This document shows positions 37,043 through 49,236 of a DNA stretch of 64,000 nt, piece by piece (the stretch's first letter is position 1; each line of letters starts with the position of its first letter). The stretch comes from Fistulifera solaris. Lineage: Eukaryota. The DNA is taken from assembly GCA_030295235.1 (NCBI GenBank), contig AP026123.1:2418001-2482000 (forward strand), given 5' to 3'. The notes under the pieces were generated by a model. The model made no database searches. It had not been told where the DNA came from and saw only the letters and a list, made by a program, of their open reading frames with translations. The position numbers and the translations under genes were made by a program.

Positions 37043-37813
37043 TTAGAACATTCCAAACAATTTCTTCTTGTCACCCGGAGCATTTTGTAGTTTTTCCACG
37101 AGAAATTCCTGCACATCACCGCCAAATGCCTTGGCATAGTTTGGTCGTTCCGCGCAGGCTTGCATATAGCTTTGCACTGTGGGCCATTGACTCATGTCGT
37201 GCAGCACCGTCGGAAAGAACTGCAGTGTATACAACAAATAGGACGAAACAGCCACATCGGCACAAGAGAAACCAGCATCGGGAACGAGCCACATTGTCCC
37301 ACTGTTCTTTTGATTGGCTTGCAGAATCTCTTCGAGTCGATTGATGCGTTTGTTGGGCTTGCGCAAGCCGGTATCGTACACTTTGCCTTCGGGTGTCTCC
37401 AAGAAACAAATGGGATCCAGTGATGCGTTGGCCCATACAATCCAGGCCGTGACCGCCGCGGCTGCCGCCGGGCTCATGGCCGCAAATTTCTGGTGCAAAT
37501 ACTGCAGAATGGCACCGGATTCAAAGACCACGACATCGTTGTCGTCGGTAAGACACGGTAGTTGACCGAAGGGGTGGGGATTCTGTTGTAAATTGCCCAT
37601 CGTAAAGTCGACACCCAATTCGAAGCAAGCCCAGTTGACCAACGGAGAGCGAGAACCGGGATGGCCATAAATGGTGACCGGCAAGGCCGTGCTCGATGTA
37701 GCCGCCGAGGAATAAGGTCTCGTCTGCAGCGCGTGATGGCCTTGGTGAGGGCGAAAGGCGTCCGCGGTCGCCAAGAAGAGCACCAAGAATCCAACACGAA
37801 CTAGAAGAGCCAT
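37043..37813 (-). CDS. Glutathione S-transferase, plastid-targeted
   Basis: Signal peptide + ADA-F motif. GST motifs SRSPLVNW, HPFGQLPCL, FESGAILQYL, FSCADVAV. Confidence 0.92.
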   Translation of the reverse strand: MALLVRVGFLVLFLATADAFRPHQGHHALQTRPYSSAATSSTALPVTIYGHPGSRSPLVNWACFELGVDFTMGNLQQNPHPFGQLPCLTDDNDVVVFESGAILQYLHQKFAAMSPAAAAAVTAWIVWANASLDPICFLETPEGKVYDTGLRKPNKRINRLEEILQANQKNSGTMWLVPDAGFSCADVAVSSYLLYTLQFFPTVLHDMSQWPTVQSYMQACAERPNYAKAFGGDVQEFLVEKLQNAPGDKKKLFGMF

Positions 37814-38450
37814 GGTAAATGAATAAGATGGATGGAACAGACGAATGTTGTCTTCTCTTCGCCTTTATGACGATGATGGCTTTATCATTTTTTCGAGAAA
37901 AAAGAGCGATGGAATGTCGCAAAACACGTCATCACCTTGACTATAAACATAAAGTGTATTCACCTTCACTAGACTTTTCCGCGACTGCATTTGAGTCATG
38001 AATAAAAAGATCTTCCGAGGAGGACGACGAGGAGGGTCGTCGTCTCAAAATGCTAAGGATACCGTTTGCCAGCTCGGTAAATATCTTTGACTTTATTGAA
38101 AGACGCTTATCTTGAGCAGCATTTGCAATATACGCCTCGATTGTCTTAACGCTCGATGACTTCCTTTTTCACAGTAGTAAGTACTGTACCAGGTACGTGT
38201 TCACGACTGGATTTCAGTCAAGAGGCTAGCTGCGTTTCTCGTCCTCTCTTTTATTTGAACTCCCTCCTTCATTGAAAGATCTTTTCTCTTTCCTTGCTAT
38301 TATCATTACCTTTTTCCGTTTTCGAAAACTTTATGCACCTCATGGCGCAGCGCCCTTCCTTTTCTTTAGCTGGTGAACTGATTTGCTGTTGCTGACCTTA
38401 CAATTGCTTTCTCAACGTGACATCGAAGCGTCGATCTTTTTCGCAATAGC

Positions 38451-41233
38451 ATGACACCGGAGTGTCAATGCACGGGGTGCATTCATCCGAATTGTGGAAA
38501 ATGCCAGGCCTGTCGAGAAAGCAACGGCGGACTCTGTTTGCTTCGAAGATGTCAAAGGTTTGCTTATTCGCTGGAATCGGAAGAAAAATGGCAGAACGAG
38601 GTACACAAAGTGAACACGAAAGCTGCGGAAACGCTTCACATCCAATCAACAAAACAGAGTGATTCTCGTCATCACTCGGTACCCATCTTACCCAAAAGTC
38701 TTTCCACGATACACAAAGACATTAATTTAACGCGTCCGAAAGCCTTTCCGTGCGGAACATGCTCGCACTGCCTCCGGGGACCGTGTCAAGTCTGCCCCTC
38801 CTGCCACGAATTACAAAAGAAATGCCCATTTCTGGTGTGCGAGAATGTTGCCTATTCGATTCACCAAATCAAAAAGGCAGAGCGTATGGCGCGGCAAGCC
38901 TTCCAGGTGCATCCGCAACGTCTCTCTGTAAGGTTCGAGAGTCTTTTCGGCGTCGATGGATTGCTGACACGACAAAAACTCGAACGACAAAAAGAAAAAG
39001 AATCGCTTTATCAGAACATGTTTGGTGAAACCGGTGATACGCCACATCGACAAATTATGCTGCGATCCCGATTTCCTCGGACACCCCATAAAACAGACGA
39101 TGACAGCATCGTCCTAACGTCCTCTGGGACGGATAACACAGTTGCTAGAACTCCTAGCACACCCCAAGCGCGTAAAAAGGACGATGACAGCATCGTCCGG
39201 ACAAGTACGTCCTCTTGGAACAATGACAAATTTGCTGGATTTCCTCGCACGCCCCAAGCTCGTAAAAAGGACGATGACAGCATCGTCCTGACTTCCTCTT
39301 GGAGTGATAGAAAAGTGATTGCTAGATTTCCTCGCACACCCGAAGCGCGTAAAAGGACGATGACAGCATCGTCCGGACAAGTACGTCCTCATGGAATGAT
39401 AGAAAAGTTGCTAGAGTCACTCCCTGTCAAGTCGCGAAGGATACCAAGATGAGCCAAGACGGTACAAGTAGAGATTCCGACACGTGCGAAACCTCCAATC
39501 AAATGATTCGAAGCCTTGACTGCCGTTCCATTGGGCACAAACGCAAAGCCGAAGACGATGCTTATGCAACACAAAGAGCGAAAACAGGAAGGACAAATCG
39601 ATACGATGACATTGCATCGCCTCGATTGAAATTGCCTCCCAAACAAATCTTCGCCGAACCTTTCAACGATGAAGTAACTTTGATGCAGCACAAATCCAAA
39701 GATCCTTGTCGACGCTGTAGAATTGTGACTGTACATGGGCTCTGTTTCGACTGCAATCGGATTCAAAAAATTAGCACGAATGATATCCTCTTTTCTCATG
39801 TCGACATGGATCCAGCACAGAAGGCTCGTGTGATGCAGTATATTCAATCTTCCTTGCGCGTCTCTACGATGAATCCGAGGGTGGCGCTTCGTCTGTCAGT
39901 ACCGAGCAGACGAAGTCAAAAGTCAAGTTTGACGATTCTTCGTATCAATATGTGGAGCAGCTGTGGCGTGATCGCGATCATCCGTACCTCTTCGGAGATC
40001 GAATATCGCGCCATTCGGCTTCGTTTGTTGCCGGTATCGATGCATCAACACGCCGGGGTAAGTAAGCTTTTGTAGAGAGTGAATAGGTGTCTTTATCTCG
40101 TCTCATCGATAGCATGACAGATGGTGCACGCCGAAAAGGAGATGAGGTGCGAGGCAACGATGGAGGAGGTCCTACACGCCAATTTCTTTCCATGTTCTGG
40201 CGCAACCTACCAAATGTGACAGTGACGAACAACATTTATGGCAAGTTCAGTATATTTGAGGAAACGGACACTTATCTGCGACCGTTGTGCGACGACAGAA
40301 TCTACGGATTGATGGAAGACTACTACAAGTTAGAAGAGACCTCAATCTATCGCTGCTACAGAGCCTTGGGGCGAATGATTGGTTTTTGTATTTTTCATCA
40401 GTTTCACATTAACCACAGCGTCCTTTCCAAAATTCATCGCAACTATCTTTTTCGCGGTGTTTCTCCCAAAGATTCTTTTGGCAACAACGAGGAGGTCACG
40501 CTATGTAATGATCTGGGAACTCTCCTCGACTGCGAAGCTGACAAAGTTACAAACCCTGATCGAAGACTCCTAAATGATGCTCATGAAATCTATATTGAGC
40601 AAAATATGATTTTTCTTGAAGCGGTAAAAGAAGGAATGCGGCTGGGTACGTTTAATAGATGTCATCTCACTGAATGGATCTATTCTCGTTCGCCTCACGT
40701 TACTCAAAAATGAGCTAGAAGTTATGACTGCCGAGGCTATTCCTGAGACTTTCAGCTGCATTGATCCGTCGATAATAGATGCATTCTTTTTTGGAACGAC
40801 AACATTCGATGTCGAGGACCTACTTGCCGCTTTGAAGCCCATTTACGCCGATGAATCTGAAAATAGGTCTTCAGACCCGACAATCAACAATCGACTAGCG
40901 ACACAGAAGAAGACTCTCCGAAGAAACGGTATAAATAACCAACCAGAGGGTGCATTTGTCAATGTTATCCGGACAATGAATCGCCATTACGAGGACTTTC
41001 TGACCACTTTCGTACAGTGTGTGACCGGATATGAGTACTTGCCAGCAGCCCTCACCATCAACATTGAATTCAATTACAAAGATTTGCCCAGCAACGATGC
41101 TTTACCCGTCAGCCATACTTGTGTACATACTCTGAAACTACCTGGTCTCGCTTACAATGCGAACGAAGAACTCATCAGAGAAAAGCTATGCATGGCGTTG
41201 GATTACTTCAAAGAAAAAATGAGTTCAACATGA
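38451..41233 (+). CDS. HECT E3 ubiquitin ligase with N-terminal CXXC-like zinc fingers and internal repeats
   Basis: HECT motifs DGGGPTRQF, YRALGRMIG, FVQCVTG..YLP and catalytic LPVSHTC..TLKLP. N-terminal CQCTGCIHPNCGKCQAC and CGTCSHCLRGPCQVCPSC. Introns at about 40058-40113 and 40647-40718, plus several frameshifts. Confidence 0.8.
39070..39420 (+). repeat. Four coding tandem repeats of 84-90 bp (FPRTPQARKKDDDSIVxTSSW...AR)
   Basis: Core gatgacagcatcgtcc at 39099, 39183, 39273 and 39359. Confidence 0.9.
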
Positions 41234-41356
41234 AATAATAATCTACTTCCTATCATTTCATTCAGCCACCAGGAAGAAAGAACCCTTAGCATGTCATGTC
41301 AAACGACTCTATTTCGTTAATGTTGCACAAAGAGGGATCCTTTTGATGCATCTAAG

Positions 41357-42781
41357 TTACTCGTCTTCTTCTTCGTCACTACTCTCAGTGTCTCCGAAGA
41401 CATCAAAACGATTTTGAAATACCTTTCCGTGTTGCCGCAATCGGTTCGTGCTCAAACAACAATCCAGTTGGTTGGCTACAACCTGCGAAGCGCGTCGGAT
41501 CCCCATCAAGTTGGCCGCATCTGGACCGGTATACAGCGAACTCAACGCCCCAACAACAAACATGTGAGGCGCGATTTGTAAGTCTTCCGTTACTGCAGGG
41601 AAGCCACCATGGATTTCGAGCTCCGGGTGCATCTTTTGAATGCTTTGAATGAGGGAATGGGACTCACAGTCGGGTTGATATCCACACGCTAAAATGATAG
41701 CATCAAAGTCGAAAGAATGGTCGCCAATTTGCGTCCGAATATATTTCCCGTCTTCTATGTCCTCGCACAATATCTTGGGAGTCCCTACAACACGATGCAA
41801 CAAACCCTCCTGTTCGAGGCGCTCCAAGTCTTTCATATAACCAGGCGGGACACTGCCTCCGCCTCTCGTGCCTTTTAATAAAGCCAGTCGTTCATCGACG
41901 GATAGGTGATAGAAGTCGTACAAACACTTATTGGTGAGTCGTTTGTCAAACCATTCGACGGGAATATCAAAGTGACGGCTGGAGAGCGTACGACGGCTGC
42001 ACAAAACTACTTGACGTGCCGTCTTGGCACAGCGTTGTGCCACTTGAACAGCCGTTAAACCACCTCCTAGTACAAGGACGGATCGCGGAGAGTGCTCCAA
42101 AATGCTCGCCATGTCCGTCCATTGACACACGCGGGGGGGAGGAACGAATGTGCGAAAGAAATGAGGGCCAGATGGGGCGACCAATGGGACCCATGGCAAG
42201 AATCAAATGATCCGTGCCAATAAGGACGTGCTCGTCGTTCGTCGTTTGAACAGTTAATTGAAAACGACTAGAACTGTCGCTATGCTCGACATGGACAGCA
42301 CTTCCTTGCAAAAAGCCATGCTTGAGCCGTTGACTCAAATCGTCACAGAAATCACGAAACAAACGAGCTGAAGGAAGTTTCCACAACCCAATTTGCGATT
42401 GCCCCAACGGCAATAGCTCTTTTCGGTCAAAGAGACCTGATTCATGGAGTTCGTCAACTCGACCATGCTCGACGGCATACGCGAGCAATGCATTGGCATC
42501 GAAGAGGTTCGGATGTGCCAATGCCGGTGATCGAAGGTGCTCGATCTGAAGTGTCGCGAACGACTTGTTCCACTTCTGCATCCATGACGAATGGGGATCA
42601 ACAATACAAACCGAAAGGGTATCAGCCTTCTTTTGACGCCGGAAAAGGTGTGCGCTCGCTCGATCTGCTCGTCATTCAAGACGTCCAAGGAGTACGGTTC
42701 TCGGATTGCTGACAGGCACGCCAAACCGGCGGGCCCCGAGCCGACGATACAGATATCATATGAATACTTTGAGCTGACCAT
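41357..42781 (-). CDS. FAD/NAD(P)-binding oxidoreductase (lysine N6-hydroxylase-like / class B flavin monooxygenase fold)
   Basis: FAD motif ICIVGSGPAG, HLRSP...HP, NAD(P) motif VLVLGGGLTA, DAIILACGY, FVVGAL...GPDAANLMG. Three pieces joined by frameshifts. Confidence 0.85.
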
Positions 42782-43506
42782 CGTCGTTTATGAAGAAAGA
42801 AAGGTTATAAAGATAGAGACGAGACTGTGAAAGCGTTCGAAGTGTGAGAAAGCTGCCAAAGATAACAATGGGAAGACGAAAAAATCATGCCCATTATAGG
42901 CTTTTTCAAAATCTCCCCCACCTGCATGTAGGCTAAAAAATAGCTTACTGCGCTTAAGTAGTATAGCCTATAGCGTTATGTACCGTTATTTTTGAAAGTC
43001 GAATAGGATGCGTTTTCCTTTGACGGTGTTTGCGAAGCAATCAAAAAATTACAACGCATCAACCGATTGATTAAGCCTGTTTAGCCTATTAAACATGCAG
43101 CGAATGAGTCACTACCGTAGTGTTCAATATCCTTGGAAAGAATAAAGACTTGCTGTGCTCGCCACGTTTTCGCTGCCGTGTCCGTTGCTTGCGCGAAGAA
43201 GAAAAAGAGAGGAGAAGTTGGATCCATAAAGAATAGTAAAGTTAGATACGTGCCTATCCAATGTATTCTATCTCCTTTTTTTGAAGCAATATTTCTTGTA
43301 TCTAATTTCGTCCTTCCGCGTTGACCACTGTTCATACTCAGCACTTGGCACTTGACACAGGCCTTATGCACCGTCGCGACATTGCGGACGTTTGTGTGAG
43401 TCACGTCAAACCGTGATTTGAAAGTCACGACATCGACATCAAGACATTAATTGCTTCGCATCGCGAAGCTGCAAATATTGCATCACAAACCTTATTCGTT
43501 CGTTCA

Positions 43507-45040
43507 ATGATTCCTGATACCAAGAAGCATAAGAAACAATCGGTTTTACAATGTTTTATGCTAGCTCTTCTATCCGCGTGCTTCTTAATCGCGGCGAATA
43601 CGATGTTTCATTCGACGCAATGGATCACGGATGAGGTTTCGAATTATCAAAAGCACAAGGAAGCTTTTCTGCAATCTTCGGCCGTGAATACTACAAAATT
43701 AGAACACAGAGACAGCGGTATGTCCGCTTGTTTACTGGTGATGGATGACAATCATTTCTTGATTGAATGGTTGGCTTATCATTATCATGTACTGCCACTT
43801 CGTCATTTGATTGTAGCAGTCGATCCCCGTAGCCAAACATCTCCTGCGTCTATCTTGGACCGTTATCGAACACGGATCAATATCACGCTATGGAATGATA
43901 CAGATTATTATACAGCCAATCAGAAAGAGCGCGAGGAAGCGGAATACTGGGCGGAACGAAAGTTTGGTAGTGATATACCCAAGTCGTTAATTCAGCATCG
44001 AGCTCGTCAACGTTTGTTTTATTATCATTGCATGCAACATTTGAAAGCCGCCGGACGCGATTGGACCTTATTGACGGACTCGGATGAATTTCTTCGCATC
44101 AATTATCACACGGTACATCAGGTGTCAAATCCAGCGACCGGTTCGATCATCGTCCCACCCGTCTCCGAGGAAGGCTCGGTGTTGACATTTCTTCAACATA
44201 ATCAACACAACCCTGCATTGAACCTAAGCACATTTAGTCCCTGTCTTCAAATACCGCGGATACGATTCGGTACGGTCGAACCAGAGAATGGTCACGCCTA
44301 CCTGGGCATCAATGCGAGTGCATTGCAAACCACTCGTTTTCGCACACACGCCAAATCGGGCAATTATCCGCTCAATCGCATTTCCAAAGTGTTGGTGAAC
44401 TTAAAACAAGTCCCATGGGAAGACTTGGTTCCCGTCGAAAGCATTCATTTACCGCTCAAACATTGGTGCAAACGACGCAAGTTGCACATTCGAACCCATC
44501 AACAGGTCTTGGTGTTACACCATTATATAGGAACGTGGCAACAATATTCCTTTCGGGAGGATGCTCGGACGGGGAATGAACGGAGTGCTCAGGTACGTAT
44601 CTTCGTATCGCTAGGAACGGTAGTCTACCATAGCTGATTGTGTGTCTTTCCAAAAGTCGTATCAAAAGGCTGCCAACGTGGCGCAAGAGACAGACGATGC
44701 AATCTTTCCATGGCTACAAGGCTTTGTGGAACATCAGGGCCTGGGAACGGCGCAAGAGTTATTGAAAGATGTGGGGGAAGTGCCGGTCGTTGCACAAGTA
44801 CCCTCTGTCAATAGTAGGACGACACCAGCTAAGGAGTCTTTAGCCAATAAGGAACCACCAGTCAAGCCCCTGAGATGGCTACCCACCGATCCGCCAACGC
44901 CTAGCATCCAATTATTACCTCTCGCTGCAACGAATCAAACCAAAGCGCCGCTCGTATTGGCCGAAGGAGTCGAAAGCGTGGAAGGGGATGATGAAATCGC
45001 CCCACCCGATAAGATTGATTGGGACAAAGCCTTTCCCTGA
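43507..45040 (+). CDS. Type II membrane glycosyltransferase-like protein (GT-A fold, GT92/GT2-like, diatom-expanded)
   Basis: N-terminal TM, then SACLLVMDDNHFLIEWLAYHY, a DxD motif (LTDSDEF) and HHYIGTWQQYSFREDAR. Intron at about 44593-44656. Confidence 0.75.
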
Positions 45041-45499
45041 TCCTTTAAAATTCTAGTTTTGGAAGAAGTTTGTGGATTTGAGTTCAATTCTAGGTTTTCG
45101 TTGTGATTATAAAGACTAAATTTTGACGATATCTACGAAACGCGAATTTTCCGGTTAGAAATGGCCCTCAGTCGCTTTTACCCGTTCACGAGCCGCTGTC
45201 CGTTGTGTACACATTCGTCCACAGCTTAAATGTTCTGATGTCGTGAGTATCAGTCAACAGTACATTAGTTACTCGACGAACATCTTGCCGCGTCGCGGAA
45301 CAAAGGATGTTCTGCATATAATGCAATCCGTCATACGACATCTTCATCACGTTTCATTATTATCGAAAAGCAGAACAACGGCTCGCGGATACCATTCGAC
45401 TCCGTTTCAACGAAATTTTGACGGACAGAATTTTCCCACGCTCGTGAACCATCACACGAATTATGGAGGGTGTGTTGTTGCTCGTCGTCTCACTCCAAG

Positions 45500-46789
45500 A
45501 TGAAAGGTAACCAAGTCTTCGTGTGGATCCTGTTCGTCAGCTTATTCGATCTCATGCACAGCTGGACCGTTCCTCCGCCTCCTTATTTTCTCAAGAGAAT
45601 CTCGTCTTCGTTTTCGGCATCTTCCAAGAACGCACATCGACTTCCACAACCATCTTCCGACTTGGACGGTCGCCACTTTCATGATTCCGATAGTGAAGAG
45701 CGCTTGAATTTCGAAGATGAACTGGAAGAACAATATACAGAGCTCGTCAAGCTCAACGGAGATGCCGCGGCAGCGACAATCCGTCCCAAGACATATGATG
45801 AGTCCTCGACGGTTTCCGATGTCTTTTGGGCGCGCTTACTCGTTTTGGGCGCGGCTACTTTGTACGGAAGTAGTTTTTCCTTTGTCAAACTCATGGGGGA
45901 AAATGCACCAATGCCCCCGGGTTTGACGAGCACGGTGCGCTTCGGTTTAGCAGCCATCTCGGCGTGTCCGTGTGTGATCACCAGCTTTGGACGACGAAAA
46001 TCGACGGAATTTGCGGCCGTCATGGCCGGCTTGGAAGTGGGCTTGTGGAATTCGATCGGCTACTTGGCACAAGCTATCGGACTTGAAACGACCATGGCCA
46101 GTAAATCGGCCTTTCTTTGTAGTATGGCGGTGGTCATAGTTCCTCTGCTAGATTTTATATTCAAAGGAAAGAAGCTGGCGCCTCGACAAATTCTGGGAGT
46201 CGTGCTCGCCATTATGGGAGTCGGGGCGTTAGAGTTGGGGGATGTTGCTGATACACTGACCGCGGAGAGCTTGATTTCTCAAGGGGATTGGATTAGTATG
46301 TTACAGCCTTTGTTTTTTGGTTTTGGCTTTTGGAGGATGGAAAAGGCGATGCACGATTTTCCGGATCACCCCTTGCGTGTTACGGGAGGTCAACTGTTAG
46401 CCGTTTTTCTAGGATCTGCGTTGTTCACGGTGGTCATGGAATGGGACGACATTGATATACACGAAATGAAAATGTACTTAGCAGACCCTTGGGTATGGAT
46501 GTCACTGGCTTGGACGGGCCTCGTGACGACTGCCTTGAGTATTTATATGGAAACGGTGGCTATGAAATCAATATCAGCCGCCGAAACAACACTACTCATG
46601 TCCTCAGAGCCCGTCACTGGTTCCCTGTTTGCGGCTGTTATTATGGGAGAGCGACTGGGTCCTCATTCGATGATCGGATCTTTCCTCATCTTTCTGAGTT
46701 GTACAATACCCAACTTGAGTAACGAGGTCGTGCAAGGCGTTTTCGATAATGGTAATGCGAGCGAAAAACCTGAAACACGAAAGAAATGA
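45500..46789 (+). CDS. EamA/DMT family transporter, paralog 1 (signal peptide + transit-like N-terminus)
   Basis: About 10 TM segments with LYGSSF, RFGLAA, QAIGLETT.ASKSAF, SEPV.G.LFA...GE. N-terminus MKGNQVFVWILFVSLFDLMHS-W. Confidence 0.9.
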   Translation: MKGNQVFVWILFVSLFDLMHSWTVPPPPYFLKRISSSFSASSKNAHRLPQPSSDLDGRHFHDSDSEERLNFEDELEEQYTELVKLNGDAAAATIRPKTYDESSTVSDVFWARLLVLGAATLYGSSFSFVKLMGENAPMPPGLTSTVRFGLAAISACPCVITSFGRRKSTEFAAVMAGLEVGLWNSIGYLAQAIGLETTMASKSAFLCSMAVVIVPLLDFIFKGKKLAPRQILGVVLAIMGVGALELGDVADTLTAESLISQGDWISMLQPLFFGFGFWRMEKAMHDFPDHPLRVTGGQLLAVFLGSALFTVVMEWDDIDIHEMKMYLADPWVWMSLAWTGLVTTALSIYMETVAMKSISAAETTLLMSSEPVTGSLFAAVIMGERLGPHSMIGSFLIFLSCTIPNLSNEVVQGVFDNGNASEKPETRKK

Positions 46790-47539
46790 ACGCTATCATT
46801 ATTTTTGCGCTTTTTTGGGGGATGACACACCGCCGCAGCTTCCTTCGCCTCCACTTTACACGAGCATCCTACCGATAGACTATTGTTATTACTAATAAAT
46901 GAAGATTCACCGACATACTTATAGCATTCGTACACGCCACGACGCAAGGCACAGAAATGAAACTTGACGGTATTGGATGCTGTAGATATTTTATCAAAAA
47001 CTAGCATAAAGTAAATTTTCGAAGAACTTACTGCGACAAAATAATGCAGTCAGCAAAGAACAATATCATTGCCAATAATACGTTCATACAATTTGCTTTA
47101 AAAATATAGTCTAAAATAGACCTAATCTTATGATACATTGTGTTGTCAGTTAGTTCCGGGACTGACGCTTGTGTGAATCGCGGACACGAATACTCTTTAT
47201 TTTACAGTGATTTCCGGGCTGTTGTCGAACATGGCGGATAGAGCAACTTTCGTCCGACAGCACCATGGTCCACAGCAGCTCAGTTTAAATTTACAATCAA
47301 TTTGGTTCGTTGTCAACGTTGGACTTAGAATTTAACCAATATATCGCATGAACAAACGTCGTCAAGAGAGTCCGGGACTGAAATCTAGTTGAGTCTCGTA
47401 AACAGTGTCACCTTCACACTTTGCGTTACAGTAAATACTTTGTAGTGGAGTGATTTTCTTCGTTTTCGCACCGCGACGGCAGCGTGTGTTCTCGGCACTT
47501 TTCACCATGGCGATTCGTTCTTCATGAAAATGACTTACC

Positions 47540-48772
47540 ATGGCAAGCCATTCCGGGAAGAGGCTAGGGAAGATATATGCATTCATCCTACTTGTAGTTG
47601 CAGTTGGTTTCTGTGATCTTGTTTTGAAAGAGAGCTTTCTTCAGCAGCAACAGAAACAGCAACCGAACCGCGATGACTGGAAAGTCGATCGTATCAAACG
47701 TCCCCCTATCAATGCTTCTACAACGCAACTCAATACACCTCCTGTTTCATTGACTGCATCGAACACAGGGAACTTTTGGGATAATTCTACAAAGCTACCG
47801 CAATGGATGAAGGACTATTTTACGTGGCATCAAGAAACCTTGCAGTCTTTAAACGAGAATAATTGGAACTCGTATCATTATTTTCTGTACCGATGTGTTC
47901 CGGCCGATAAGAAATGCTCCGGTACATCGGATCGACTCAAAGCCGTACCGGCCTTGCTATTGCTGGCGTATCAAACCCGGCGACTTTTGTTCTTTCACTG
48001 GAGTCGCCCGGCTCGATTGGAAGAATTTCTCGTGCCGCCCATCGGCGGCATGAATTGGAGTCTTCCAGCCTGGCTTGCGGACAAATTGAATGTTGAACAA
48101 CAAGGACCGAAATATTTTTTCGAGTCGAAACGGGATTTTGATAAATTTCCTCAGTATTCCGACGCCATTGCTCGCGTCAAGAATGTGAGAGGCTCGGAAT
48201 TCTATGACCGATCACGCAATGAAGCCGAACTCTCGTTCGATCAGGTATATCATGAAGTATGGAGTATTTTGTTCGAGCCGTCTCCCGCGATTGCGGCACT
48301 CGTGCAAAAGGAACAACAAGCGATGCAGTTAGAACCAGGTCGTTACGTGGGGGCTCACATCCGTGCTCTGTACATGTCGGATACGGTCGACCAACATGAA
48401 GAAATCAACGCAATTCTCTGCGCTCGCTCCATGAGACCAGACTGGCCTATTTTCGTGGCGTCGGATTCGGTGAATACAACACGAGCCGCCGTGGCGTACG
48501 GGCAAACGCAAAATCTAATAGTAGTGGCTCGACAAGCTCAGGACGAGCCATTACATCTCGATCGAGGGCGTGATTTTCTCGTCAAGTCGGAGGATTGGAA
48601 AGGACGACCGGCCTCGGATTTCTATGATGTATTTGTGGATTTGTACCTTCTAGTACAAAGTCGGTGCGTCGCCCACGGAATCGGCGGATTCGGCCGGTGG
48701 GCGAGTCTCGTGGCGGGGACATTGGATTGTGTTATTGATCACCGAAAACAGAACTGTTCGGCTATTTCTTGA
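47540..48772 (+). CDS. Type II membrane protein, putative fucosyltransferase-like (GT-B) diatom family
   Basis: N-terminal TM, then CSGTSDRL, YVGAHIR, IFVASDS, HLD, VFVDLYLL..SRCV..G.GGFG, which follow the GDP-fucose-binding motif pattern. Confidence 0.6.
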   Translation: MASHSGKRLGKIYAFILLVVAVGFCDLVLKESFLQQQQKQQPNRDDWKVDRIKRPPINASTTQLNTPPVSLTASNTGNFWDNSTKLPQWMKDYFTWHQETLQSLNENNWNSYHYFLYRCVPADKKCSGTSDRLKAVPALLLLAYQTRRLLFFHWSRPARLEEFLVPPIGGMNWSLPAWLADKLNVEQQGPKYFFESKRDFDKFPQYSDAIARVKNVRGSEFYDRSRNEAELSFDQVYHEVWSILFEPSPAIAALVQKEQQAMQLEPGRYVGAHIRALYMSDTVDQHEEINAILCARSMRPDWPIFVASDSVNTTRAAVAYGQTQNLIVVARQAQDEPLHLDRGRDFLVKSEDWKGRPASDFYDVFVDLYLLVQSRCVAHGIGGFGRWASLVAGTLDCVIDHRKQNCSAIS

Positions 48773-49236
48773 TTGCAAATAGACCGAAATGGCGACACGT
48801 CGAAAAACCTCGAGCGTCTGTTCGTGAGAAACGATCCCTAGCTGCCAGCTGTCACGGTCCCATGCATTCCGAAACAAACCTCACTCCAGTCGGAGTCACT
48901 CATCCGGTACTTGAGCCGGTACTCAAAGGACATGTTGAATGTGTTGAAGACATCGGAGATCCGTTCCTCTTACTCTTTGTCTCACTGTCGACGTCAGCAT
49001 TCTCGCGGAAAACATCCGCAATCGTCGATCGTAGGCCGGTCCACCAGCTGTTGTTTGTATCGCACGAACAGTATCCCTTCCACGTTGACCCAGAGAAATT
49101 TCACCCGCGACGCAAATGCCTGTTTGAAAATACAACACCAACAAAAGCCATCCGATCCGGAGTCGTTGAACAAAAAAGGACGAAAGAAAGAAGGAAACAA
49201 CTTGCTAATACCATTGAAAGAATAGAGAGACACAGC

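Noticed and set aside
39070..39420. Regularly spaced repeats as a non-coding array
   Set aside because: The units are in-frame coding repeats with homologous intervening sequence.
43200..43285. Imperfect inverted repeat (purine tract vs pyrimidine tract) as a MITE or miRNA hairpin
   Set aside because: The pairing is mostly low-complexity and no target-site duplication was identified.
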